This document shows, piece after piece, positions 9,388 through 18,098 of a DNA stretch of 64,000 nucleotides (the first letter of the stretch is position 1; each line of letters starts with the position of its first letter). The DNA lies in the NCBI GenBank assembly GCA_023150555.1, contig JAKLKQ010000033.1, forward strand, positions 5,088 through 69,087, read 5' to 3'. Made by a program: the position numbers and the translations under genes. The DNA is from Planctomycetota bacterium (GTDB lineage: Bacteria > Planctomycetota > SZUA-567 > H5-PLA8). Below the pieces are notes generated by a model. That model was not told where the DNA came from, did no database searches, and saw only the letters and a list, made by a program, of their open reading frames with translations.

Positions 9388-10664
9388 GCAAACGCATTGC
9401 GTATGTCGTAGCAGGGACGCTCCTGCTGTCCGCCTTCGTCACGCGCGCCGGCGAAGGCGGCGGCGCGGGGGAAAAGCCCGCGCCCAAGTTCACCATCAAG
9501 GAAGAGGACCTGCAGCGCGTGGCGGTCCTGCGCGGCGGCACCTTCCCGTGGCTGGCGAAGGGCCAGTCCGAGGCCACGCCCAAGGCCGCCCCCAACACGG
9601 CCGAGACCGCGGGCGGGCTGATGGACGTCTCGGGCGGCGACATTTACCTGCGCGGCGACGGCAGCTTCTCGCGCTTCGAACGCGAGGAGGAACTCGACAA
9701 GAAGGAAGTCTTCGCGCTCGTCGACCACGTCCAGATCGACCAACTCAGCACGCGCACCATCCTGCGCGGAGAATCGATCGAAGTCGTGCGCGATATCAAA
9801 CGCGGCAACATGGAAAAACTCTCGGCCAGCAAGGACGTCGAGATGAACATGCCGGGGCGCAGCGCGAAGGGCGCTAAGCTCGAATACATCACCGAGTTCA
9901 ACGACAACGGGCAGCTGATCCTCCACATGGTGACGCTGGAAGGCGACCGCGAAGGCCGCAAGCCGGCGACCCTGTGGTCCGAAAAGGATGCGATTCAGTC
10001 GTACAAATTCATCATGGACCTGCGCCTGGATACCTTCCACGCGCTCGGTGGCGTGCTGGTGAACGTCACCCTCGCCGACCCGGCGGCCGCGCCCGCGGGC
10101 GATGCCGCCGCGCCGGCGCCCGCCGCGGGCGGAATGCTGCCGTCCCTCGCCTTCGCTGGAGGCATCGTCTCGATCTCCTGCGACGGCGAACTCCGGTACG
10201 AAAGCTTCTCCGGCCAGCTGCAGCTGAAACGCAACGTGGTCATCACACAGGCCGGCCTGGTGATCCACGCCGACGAACTGCTCGTCAAGATGGAGGCCGG
10301 CGGCGGCGAGGCCGCGCCGGTGCCGGGCGGCGTCTTCTCCGGCGCGATGCAGTCGCTGGAATGCACAGGGCGCGTGGAGATCCAGACAGGCTCGCACATT
10401 ATCCAGTGCGACAAGATCGTCTTCGATCTCGCGGAGACGAACCTGAAGCTGGAGATGGACGACGCGGATAAGGACGTGAAGATCTACTTCCTCGACACGG
10501 CCCATGCCGGCGGCCGCATGGCCAAGCACCTGACCATGGCCAAGCACCGCATCGAGATCGTCGGCGGCAAACAGATGTCCGATGTCGCCGTGAGCCTGAA
10601 ACTCTTCAACGGCGAGGTCCCGCGCATCCGCCAGGAACGGCAGCCGGTCATCCCCGGAAAGTGA
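9384..10664 (+). CDS. Secreted OstA/LptA-like protein (426 aa), paralog of the upstream giant protein
   Basis: Signal peptide MSKRIAYVVAGTLLLSAFVTRA. GQLQLKRNVVITQAGLVIHADELLVKM is LptA-like. It shares ECTGRVEIQTGSHIIQCDKIVFD with the upstream protein's ECTGRVELKTDSHYIRCDRIFFD. Start overlaps the upstream stop (ATGA). Confidence 0.6.
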   Translation: MSKRIAYVVAGTLLLSAFVTRAGEGGGAGEKPAPKFTIKEEDLQRVAVLRGGTFPWLAKGQSEATPKAAPNTAETAGGLMDVSGGDIYLRGDGSFSRFEREEELDKKEVFALVDHVQIDQLSTRTILRGESIEVVRDIKRGNMEKLSASKDVEMNMPGRSAKGAKLEYITEFNDNGQLILHMVTLEGDREGRKPATLWSEKDAIQSYKFIMDLRLDTFHALGGVLVNVTLADPAAAPAGDAAAPAPAAGGMLPSLAFAGGIVSISCDGELRYESFSGQLQLKRNVVITQAGLVIHADELLVKMEAGGGEAAPVPGGVFSGAMQSLECTGRVEIQTGSHIIQCDKIVFDLAETNLKLEMDDADKDVKIYFLDTAHAGGRMAKHLTMAKHRIEIVGGKQMSDVAVSLKLFNGEVPRIRQERQPVIPGK

Positions 10665-10700
10665 TGCCGCGGCCGCGGAACGGATGTGGAAGGAACTGCC

Positions 10701-10970
10701 ATGGCGCCGGACATCGAGCAGCGCATCGAAGCCGACTTCGGCCCTGGCGCGTTGAACGGTATCGCGCCAGTGCTTGCGTCGCTGCTCCAAGGGCCCGGCG
10801 GCGAGCGGATCGCTCGGTGCGTCCTTATCCTGGCCGCTGGGGACATCGCCAAGCTGCGCCATTTCGCCACGCAGGCGAGGCAAGACTTTCGCGACGTGAT
10901 CTATTGGGCCGAATACGATGCCAAGGGCCGCGTCCGGGACTGCGGCAAACCGTTCCCTTGCCTCATTTGA
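10701..10970 (+). CDS. Small hypothetical protein (89 aa); doubtful
   Basis: ORF sits in the gap between the LPS cluster and meaB. Third-codon-position GC is visibly lower than in neighbours (ctt, ggt, tat, gat, att). No recognisable motif. Confidence 0.3.
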   Translation: MAPDIEQRIEADFGPGALNGIAPVLASLLQGPGGERIARCVLILAAGDIAKLRHFATQARQDFRDVIYWAEYDAKGRVRDCGKPFPCLI

Positions 10971-11002
10971 AGACCTTTGCGGAAACGAATAGTATCTCCA
11001 TC

Positions 11003-12028
11003 ATGAGCCCCAAGGCCGCCGCCACCGCCGAAACGCTCGCCGCCGCCACGCGAAACGGCGACCGGCGCGCCGCCAGCAAGCTGATCTCGCAGCTGGAATC
11101 CGCCGAACCGGAAACGGCCCGCGCGGCCTCGCGCGCGGTCGCGGCGCTGCCCCTGCCGCCGCACACCGTCGGCCTGACGGGCCCGCCGGGCGCCGGCAAG
11201 TCGACGCTCGTCGATTACCTGACCGCGATCCTGCGCAAGCGCGGAAAGCGCGTCGGCGTCGTCGCGGTGGACCCGTCGAGTCCCTTCACCGGCGGTGCGC
11301 TGCTGGGCGACCGCATCCGCATGTCCAGCCACCGCAGCGACACCGGCGTCTTTGTGCGCAGCATGAGCAACCGCGGCGCGACCGGCGGCCTCGCCGCCGC
11401 TGCCAGCGATACGCTTCGCGTATTGGGCGGCGCGGGCTTCGACGTGGTCTTCGTCGAGACCGTCGGCGCGGGACAGGCCGAGACCCAGGTCGTGGCGCTG
11501 GCCGACACCGTCTGCGTCGTGCAGGTGCCGGGCCTCGGCGACGACATCCAGCTGATGAAGATGGGCATCCTCGAGATCGCGGACCTCTTCGTCGTCAACA
11601 AGTCCGACCGCCCCGGCGCGCGTGAGCTGAAACTCCAGATCGAGCAGGCGCTGGGCGAATCGCCCGGCGAAGTCTGCCGCGCGCTGCGGCAACTGGGACG
11701 GGATTTCGCCACGGGCTACGAGGGCCCGAAGTGGATGCCCGAGGTCCACCTGCTCTCGGGGCTCGACCAGAAAGGCGGCGACGAACTGGTCGACGGGATG
11801 CTGCGCCACCGCGCGTTCCTGAACCAGCCCAAGCTTGCCGCCGAATTGACGCGCAACCGCCTCGCGCGCGAGATTCTCTGGCGCGCCACGCGCCGCGCCG
11901 GCGACGCCTGGGAAGCGAGCCTGGCCCCCGGCGGATCCCTGCGCAAGCTCGTCGGCGACTGCGCGGACGGCAAGATGGATCTCGAGAGCGCCGTCGAGAA
12001 AGTGTTGAAAGCAAAGGTGAAGCCGTGA
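11003..12028 (+). CDS. meaB: Methylmalonyl-CoA mutase-associated GTPase MeaB (ArgK family)
   Basis: P-loop GLTGPPGAGKSTLVDYL. VDPSSPFTGGALLGDRIRM and VETVGAGQAETQV match the MeaB/ArgK family. Confidence 0.85.
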   Translation: MSPKAAATAETLAAATRNGDRRAASKLISQLESAEPETARAASRAVAALPLPPHTVGLTGPPGAGKSTLVDYLTAILRKRGKRVGVVAVDPSSPFTGGALLGDRIRMSSHRSDTGVFVRSMSNRGATGGLAAAASDTLRVLGGAGFDVVFVETVGAGQAETQVVALADTVCVVQVPGLGDDIQLMKMGILEIADLFVVNKSDRPGARELKLQIEQALGESPGEVCRALRQLGRDFATGYEGPKWMPEVHLLSGLDQKGGDELVDGMLRHRAFLNQPKLAAELTRNRLAREILWRATRRAGDAWEASLAPGGSLRKLVGDCADGKMDLESAVEKVLKAKVKP

Positions 12029-13707
12029 GCGACCCGCTGCGCGACGCGGCCGAAAACGCTGAAGCTTGGCGCAAGGCCAACCACGACGCCGCGGCGCCGG
12101 GCAAGGGCTACCGCAAGGAGATCGGGCCCGTCCCGCCACGCTCGATCAGCGGCGACGAATTGAAGCCGCTCTACACGCCTGCCGACGTCGACGCCGCGAA
12201 GTTGGAGGCCGAGGCCTTTCCCGGCGCGCCGCCGTTCACGCGCGGGCTGCATCCGGGCATGTACCGCCAGCGCCTGTGGACCTTCCGCCAGTACGCCGGC
12301 TTCGGCAGCGCCGCCGAGACCAACGCGCGCTTCCGCAAGCTGCTCGCCGCGGGCCAGACGGGCCTATCGGTCGCCTTTGACCTGCCCACGCAGCTGGGCC
12401 TCGACCCCGACCACCCGCGCGCGTCGGGCGAAGTCGGGCGCGTGGGCGTCTCGATCGCCAGCGTTGACGACATGCTGCGGCTCTTCGAGGAGATCGACCT
12501 GGGCCGCGTCTCGACCTCGATGACGATCAACGCGCCGGCGGCGGTGCTGCTGGCGTTCTACCAGGTCGCGGGCGAAGAACGCGGCGTCGCGCCTGAGAAG
12601 CTGCGCGGGACGGTGCAGAACGACATACTCAAGGAGTACGCCGCGCGCAACAATTACATCTACCCGCCCGCGCCCAGCATGGCGCTGACGGTGGACGTGA
12701 TGGCGCACTGCGCGAAGACGCTCAGCGGCTTCCACCCGCTCTCGATCAGCGGCTACCACGTGCGCGAGGCCGGCTGCACCGCGCCGCAGGAGATCGCTTT
12801 CACGCTCGCGAACGGCATTGCCTACGTCGAGGCCGCGCGAGCACGCGGGCTGAACATCGAACGCGTGGGTGAGCAGCTGAGCTTCTTCTTCGCGGCGGCG
12901 ACGGAGTTCCTCGAGGAGATCGCCAAATTCCGCGCGGCTCGGCGCATGTGGGCGAAGCTGATGGCCGAACGTTTCGGCGTGAAGAACGACAAGGCTCGGC
13001 AGCTGCGTTTTCACGTGCAGACCTGCGGTTCTCTGCTGACCAGCCAGCAGCCCGAGAACAACCTCGTGCGCGTCGCGATCCAGGCCATGGCCGCGGTGCT
13101 GGGCGGTTGCCAGTCGCTGCACACCAACGCGTACGACGAGGCGCTTGGCCTGCCCGGCGAACTCTCTGCGCGCCTGGCGCTGAACACGCAGCAGGTGCTT
13201 GCGTACGAAACCGGCGCGGCGCTGACCGCCGACCCGCTGGGCGGCAGCTTCGCAATCGAGGCCATGACCGACGAACTGGAAGCGCGCGCGACGGCCATCA
13301 TGGCCGAGATCGAGAAGCGCGGCGGCGCGGTCGCGGCCGTCGACGCCGGCTACTACCAGCAGTGCATCGCCGAGGCGGCTTTCCGCTACCAGCGCGAGAT
13401 CGAACGCGGCGAGCGCAAGGTCGTCGGCGTGAACGTGAACGTCAGCGGCGTCGAGGACGAGAGCGGGCCGTCGTTCCAGAAGATCGATGCGTCGCTCGAG
13501 AAGGAGTCCGTCTCGCGCGTGCATGCGCTGCGCAAGAAACGCGACGGCGCGAAGGCCAAGGCGGCGCTTTCCGCCGTTCAAAACGCCGCGCGTGAGGACA
13601 AGGACCGCATGGGCGCGATCCTTTCCGCCGCGCGGGCGCGCTGCACCGTCGGCGAGATCTGCGGCGCGCTGCGCGAGGTCTACGGCGAATACAGGGGGAG
13701 GAAATGA
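12025..13707 (+). CDS. Methylmalonyl-CoA mutase catalytic (TIM-barrel) subunit; no C-terminal B12-binding domain
   Basis: FTRGLHPGMYRQRLWTFRQYAGFGSAAETNARFRKLLAAGQTGLSVAFDLPTQLG and SISGYHVREAGCTAPQEIAFTLANG are MCM large-domain signatures. The protein ends after the barrel (560 aa). GTG overlaps the meaB stop. Confidence 0.85.
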   Translation: MSDPLRDAAENAEAWRKANHDAAAPGKGYRKEIGPVPPRSISGDELKPLYTPADVDAAKLEAEAFPGAPPFTRGLHPGMYRQRLWTFRQYAGFGSAAETNARFRKLLAAGQTGLSVAFDLPTQLGLDPDHPRASGEVGRVGVSIASVDDMLRLFEEIDLGRVSTSMTINAPAAVLLAFYQVAGEERGVAPEKLRGTVQNDILKEYAARNNYIYPPAPSMALTVDVMAHCAKTLSGFHPLSISGYHVREAGCTAPQEIAFTLANGIAYVEAARARGLNIERVGEQLSFFFAAATEFLEEIAKFRAARRMWAKLMAERFGVKNDKARQLRFHVQTCGSLLTSQQPENNLVRVAIQAMAAVLGGCQSLHTNAYDEALGLPGELSARLALNTQQVLAYETGAALTADPLGGSFAIEAMTDELEARATAIMAEIEKRGGAVAAVDAGYYQQCIAEAAFRYQREIERGERKVVGVNVNVSGVEDESGPSFQKIDASLEKESVSRVHALRKKRDGAKAKAALSAVQNAAREDKDRMGAILSAARARCTVGEICGALREVYGEYRGRK

Positions 13708-14117
13708 TGTCCGGCCTCGACGGGTTCCCCCTCGCCCATCTCGCGATCGCGGTCGAATCGCTGAAGGCCGCGGCGCCCACCTACGTGGCGCTGGGCTTCA
13801 ACGTCGGAGAGCCGGAGGAACTGGCACGCGAAAAGATCCGCGCGCGCATCGCCGAGAAGGACGGCTTCCGCATCGAGTTGCTGGAACCGCTTGCGCCCGG
13901 CGAAGGCCCGATCGGAAAGTTCATCGCCAAGCGTGGGCCGGGCCTGCACCACGTCGCGCTGCGCACCACGGACCTCGACGGGGACTTGCAGCGCCTCGCC
14001 GCGACGGGCGTCGTGCCGTTGAAAGGCTATCCCGCCTCTGGGCTTCACGGTACCCGCGTGGCGTTCCTCGATCCCAAGACCACCTGCGGCGTCCTGTACG
14101 AGTTAGTGCAAGGGTGA
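13704..14117 (+). CDS. Methylmalonyl-CoA epimerase (VOC/glyoxalase fold)
   Basis: LAHLAIAVESLKAA...FRIELLEPLAPGEGPIGKFIAKRGPGLHHVALRTTDLD is the typical MCE pattern. It follows the mutase gene directly (ATGA overlap). Confidence 0.8.
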   Translation: MMSGLDGFPLAHLAIAVESLKAAAPTYVALGFNVGEPEELAREKIRARIAEKDGFRIELLEPLAPGEGPIGKFIAKRGPGLHHVALRTTDLDGDLQRLAATGVVPLKGYPASGLHGTRVAFLDPKTTCGVLYELVQG

Positions 14118-14169
14118 GACCTATTTGAACCACCAAGACACGAAGGCACCGAGAAATTCATGAAGCAAC

Positions 14170-14829
14170 TTACGGCCGCAGCGAAGGTTTATCAATGGTG
14201 AGCGCTATATCGATGCGCGCCTTGCCAAAATCAAACAAGCAGGAAACAACCCAGTCGCCCCAAAACAGAAGAAGGCAAGATTCTGGCTTCAATTCTTTCG
14301 AAAAGGACGAGGCATACTGCCTGAGCGCTAATTCAAATTTGTCGAACTTGAGGCTTTCGCCGTCGGCCCGAACCCAAACGAGCTCTTCTTTTGAACCCTC
14401 TTGGTATTTGCCGTACCACATCCCAGAAGGACGCTCCACCCGAATAAACTGCATGCGGGACCGCAAAACATCCATAACCACTACATTCAACACGGTAATC
14501 CAGGGGCGAGCTTCCTCTGGCATGGCCAGCAGAGCACGTTCGATATCCAGTATCATCTGCGTGGGAAACTTCGGTGCAGGGTGGTACTTCTTCAATGCCC
14601 AATCAAGCGACTCTTCCGTTACTAAAATGGGCTCTATCTGCGTCCCTAATAGGAACTCGATGTCAATGCCTACCACAAGCCACGCGTCCCCTTCTTCTCG
14701 GTCGGTAGCAAACTGAACTTTGCTTTCGGTCCTACGGACGACAGGTGCGCGCAGGGTGTGAGATTGCGCTGCGGTCAATACCTGCGTTGCGCCTGTGTCG
14801 ATTGGTAGATTTCTGAGGTTTTCGCGCAT
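14170..14829 (-). CDS. Hypothetical protein (219 aa) encoded in a low-GC islet
   Basis: Long ORF in a segment that is clearly AT-richer than its flanks (about 14118-14910). No recognisable family motif. Confidence 0.5.
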   Translation of the reverse strand: MRENLRNLPIDTGATQVLTAAQSHTLRAPVVRRTESKVQFATDREEGDAWLVVGIDIEFLLGTQIEPILVTEESLDWALKKYHPAPKFPTQMILDIERALLAMPEEARPWITVLNVVVMDVLRSRMQFIRVERPSGMWYGKYQEGSKEELVWVRADGESLKFDKFELALRQYASSFSKELKPESCLLLFWGDWVVSCLFDFGKARIDIALTIDKPSLRP

Positions 14830-14910
14830 GTAGCTGTAGCCCGTAACACGAGCCCTTCGCCCATAGGATCTGAACCCGTTTCGTTCGAGCGAGTCACATA
14901 GCAGTATGGG

Positions 14911-15522
14911 CTACCGTTTCAGCGTATTGAGCGCCCGGTAGGCCGCGTTGCGCACAGCGATGTGCTTGTCGCGCGTGAGCCGATTCAACGCGGCGCGCGC
15001 CTTGACGGCCTTGCGCGCGCCCAGGGCGTCGGCGGCTTGCTGCCGCACGTACCACTTTTCGTCGCGCGTGGCCTTGATCAGGGCGGCTTCGGACTTCGGC
15101 ACCTTAAAGCGCGCCAGCGCCTGCACCGTTCGCGCCCGCACGCCGCCGGATTCGTCCTTCACCAGGGGGAGGAGGTACTTCGCCATCGATTCGTCGCCCA
15201 GGCGCACAATGCCGTCGACCGCGTGCAGGCGCACGGACATGTGCGAGTCCTTCAACGCTTTGCGTATGGCGGTGCGGGACTCGGCGCCGCCGATATGCCC
15301 CAGCGTTTCGGCCGCCCAGCGCCGGATGCGCGCATTGCGGTTCTTGGCACAGGCGTGCACGAGATCCGGAACGGCGCGCTCGCCCAGCGCGGCGAGCTGC
15401 TTCACCACCTTGCGGACCTCGACCTCGCCTTCCTGGTTGAGCTCCAGGATCAGGCGCTCGGTCCGACTCGGAGGACGCGGAGCCGACTTCTTGACGGCTC
15501 GTGCGGACTTGGCGGTCGGCAT
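14911..15522 (-). CDS. HEAT-repeat (PBS-lyase-like) protein
   Basis: Repeated units of the form ...VRRWAAETLGHIGGAESRTAIRKALKD, SVRLHAVDGIVRLGDES and GGVRARTVQALARF are characteristic of HEAT_2/PBS lyase repeats. Confidence 0.65.
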   Translation of the reverse strand: MPTAKSARAVKKSAPRPPSRTERLILELNQEGEVEVRKVVKQLAALGERAVPDLVHACAKNRNARIRRWAAETLGHIGGAESRTAIRKALKDSHMSVRLHAVDGIVRLGDESMAKYLLPLVKDESGGVRARTVQALARFKVPKSEAALIKATRDEKWYVRQQAADALGARKAVKARAALNRLTRDKHIAVRNAAYRALNTLKR

Positions 15523-15531
15523 GGCAATCTC

Positions 15532-16614
15532 CTATGCAAAAACGCCCAGCTTCTCGAGTTCGCCTGCGACTTCCTGCGCGGCGATCTGCGTCAAACAATT
15601 GTAGTGCCCGAAGCGGCAGGTGCGCTTCAGGCACGGACTGCATTCGATGGCGTGGTAGATCGTCTTCGTTTTCGGCCCCAGCGGGCCGGTGCGGTCGGCG
15701 CGCGTGGAGCCGTAGATTCCCACCGTCGGCAGCGAGAGCGCGCCGGCGACGTGCATGCTGCCGCTGTCGTTGCCCGCGAAGCCGCCGCAGAGGCTCAGCA
15801 GCGCCAGCGCTTCGCCGACGCCGGTCTCCCCGGCGGCCACCAGCGCGCCGGCTTTGCATTGCGCGGCAATCTCTTCGCTCTTGCGCCGTTCGCTCGGCGC
15901 GCCGACGAGCACGCACTCCGCGCCGTGCTTTTCGGCGAGCAGATCGATCAAGGCCGCGAAGTGCGCCGCAGGCCATTCCTTGGCCGGTCCGTACGCCGCC
16001 GCCGCGGCCAGCGCGATCAACTTCCCGCCCGGGCGCTTGCGGCGTTCGTTCAGCCACGCCTGCATCTTGGCGCGGTGCGGTTCGTGGACGTCCGGCGCGA
16101 AAGCGCTGGCGTCGCCGTCCAGGCCCAGGGTCTCGTGGAGCATGTGCAGGTAGTAGTGGACCTGGTGCGTCTCGAGGATCTCGGCGGTCGGGCGCGTGCC
16201 GTGCGTGAGCATCAAACCGCGGCCGTCGCGCACGTAGCCGGCTCGGCGCGGCACGCGCGCCAGCAGCGACCAGAAGGCCGACTCGAAGCTGTTGGGAAAG
16301 AGCACCGCGAGATCGAAGCGCCGCAAACGCAGCTCGCCGATCAGCCTGCGCCGGTCGCCGATGCCCGCAAGGCCCTTGCCGACGCGGTAGGGAATCACCT
16401 CGTCGATCCACTTCGAGCCGTCGAAGAAGCCAGCGAGTTCCTTCTTGATCAGGAGGCTGAGCTTCGCCTTGGGCCATGCGGCGCGCACGGCCTTCAGCGC
16501 GGGGAGGCTCATCACGATGTCGCCGAGCCAATTGACTTCCTTCACGAGCACGCGCTCGGGCGATTCGCGACCCACGCTGGCAGTCGGTGCGGCGCTCATG
16601 GTTGCCTGGATCAT
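15532..16614 (-). CDS. ADP-heptose:LPS heptosyltransferase (GT9, RfaF/WaaC-like)
   Basis: RVLVKEVNWLGDIVMSLPALKAVRAAWPKAKLSLL at the N-terminus. GNDSGSMHVAGALSLPTVGIYGSTRADRTGP at the C-terminus. Confidence 0.8.
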   Translation of the reverse strand: MIQATMSAAPTASVGRESPERVLVKEVNWLGDIVMSLPALKAVRAAWPKAKLSLLIKKELAGFFDGSKWIDEVIPYRVGKGLAGIGDRRRLIGELRLRRFDLAVLFPNSFESAFWSLLARVPRRAGYVRDGRGLMLTHGTRPTAEILETHQVHYYLHMLHETLGLDGDASAFAPDVHEPHRAKMQAWLNERRKRPGGKLIALAAAAAYGPAKEWPAAHFAALIDLLAEKHGAECVLVGAPSERRKSEEIAAQCKAGALVAAGETGVGEALALLSLCGGFAGNDSGSMHVAGALSLPTVGIYGSTRADRTGPLGPKTKTIYHAIECSPCLKRTCRFGHYNCLTQIAAQEVAGELEKLGVFA

Positions 16615-16781
16615 CCCGTAGGCCCTAGGCTCGACGATGATACGGCGCGCGGGGAATGACCGCCAGCGCGTTGTGCGCTGAAAGGTCCCGGCGTTCTAAA
16701 TGACGTTCCGACCTGGCTTTCGTGCTACAAAATATTCAAAAATAAGGGCTTATGGTTTTTGAGTATTTATTAACGGCACCG

Positions 16782-16810
16782 TTGACATTGCCTGAAATCC
16801 GGTGTATCAA
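16782..16810 (+). promoter_or_regulatory. Candidate sigma70 promoter for the ROK gene: TTGACA (16782-16787), 17-nt spacer, TATCAA (16805-16810)
   Basis: Near-consensus hexamers in the 228-bp AT-richer divergent intergenic region, about 33 bp upstream of ATG 16843. Confidence 0.35.
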
Positions 16811-16842
16811 GGGGCAGGATTAATAACGGGACTGGGATTAAA

Positions 16843-18063
16843 ATGCTCGACCTAAGCACACCGCAGAACGTCAACCAGACCCTCAAGCGCGCCTTCAACC
16901 GCGGCTTGGTCCTGGACGCCCTGCGCCCCGGCCCAGCCTCGCGCCTGGCCATCCATCGCCGCACGAGGATCCGCCTGACCACCGTCGGCGAACTCGTCGA
17001 CGAGATGCTCGGCGCGAACCTGCTCACCGAATGCGGCAGCCTCCCGCGCGGCGAAGGCGAGCGCGGGCGCCCCGAACTGCTCGTCGGGCTGAACCTCGAC
17101 GGCCCCTACGCGCTGGGCGTTTCGATGGATCGCGAGCGCCTCCGCGCCGGCCGCGTGAACCTGGCCGGCGAGATGCTCGCGAGCCACGAACTCGCCGTGG
17201 CCGCGCCCGACCAGCCTTCGCGAGTCGTGCAGCAGATCGCCGAGGCCGTCGCGGCGGTGCTCCCCGGCGGTGCCGAGCCGCTCTACCGCTGCCTGGGCCT
17301 GGGGCTCTCCGTGCCGGGCATCCTCGACACGGATGCCGGGCGCGTGATCCAGGCGACGGCCTTCCGCAGCCTCGACGAAGGCGCTCCGCTGGTGCAGCGT
17401 GTGCGCGAGGCCACCCGCATCGAACACGTCGTCATCGGAAACGTCGCCAACGCACACCTTTCGGCCGAGCGCCTGTACGGCGCGGCGGCGGGCGTGAAGG
17501 ACGCGGTCCTGGTGCTGCTTGAGCCCGGGCAGATCGGCGCGGCGATCCTGGCCGACGGCCGCCCGCTGCGCGGCGCGATGGAAGCCAGCGCGGAGCTGGG
17601 ACACTTCAAGATCGAGCCCGGCGGCCCGCTGTGCGCGTGCGGCGGACGCGGCTGCCTGGAGACGTTCATCGGCTGGAGCTATTTGCGCCGCGAGCTGATC
17701 GACCGCGGGCGCTGCGACCTGGCCGAGGCCAATGCCGAGGGCGGTTTGAACGAGTTCTGGAGCAGCCCGAAGGCCGCCGTCGCTTCCCTGCGCGACGGTG
17801 CGCTGCAGCGCATTGGACGCGCGGTGGGCAACCTCGTGAACCTCACCCGTCCCACGCTGGTGCTGCTGAGCGGCTCGCTGGCCGCGCACTCCGACGCGGT
17901 GGTCATCCCGCTGAAGCGCCAGATCGCCCGCGAAGCCATGCGCCCCTTCGCCGAGCGGCTTGAAGTGAAGGCCTCGGCGCTGGGCCCCCACGCCGGGGTG
18001 CTTGGCGGCGCGTCGCTGGTCTTGCAGCAGGTCTTCGCCATCCCGCAGGTGGCAGCCGTCTGA
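16843..18063 (+). CDS. ROK family transcriptional regulator (NagC/XylR-like; N-terminal wHTH plus ROK sugar-kinase-like domain)
   Basis: ELGHFKIEPGGPLCACGGRGCLETFIGWSY is the ROK Zn motif. N-terminal LKRAFNRGLVLDALRPGPASRLAIHRRTRIRLTTVGELVDEM is wHTH-like. Confidence 0.8.
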   Translation: MLDLSTPQNVNQTLKRAFNRGLVLDALRPGPASRLAIHRRTRIRLTTVGELVDEMLGANLLTECGSLPRGEGERGRPELLVGLNLDGPYALGVSMDRERLRAGRVNLAGEMLASHELAVAAPDQPSRVVQQIAEAVAAVLPGGAEPLYRCLGLGLSVPGILDTDAGRVIQATAFRSLDEGAPLVQRVREATRIEHVVIGNVANAHLSAERLYGAAAGVKDAVLVLLEPGQIGAAILADGRPLRGAMEASAELGHFKIEPGGPLCACGGRGCLETFIGWSYLRRELIDRGRCDLAEANAEGGLNEFWSSPKAAVASLRDGALQRIGRAVGNLVNLTRPTLVLLSGSLAAHSDAVVIPLKRQIAREAMRPFAERLEVKASALGPHAGVLGGASLVLQQVFAIPQVAAV

Positions 18064-18098
18064 ATCGAACGCGATTGGACCCGAAAAGGAGCCCGAGC

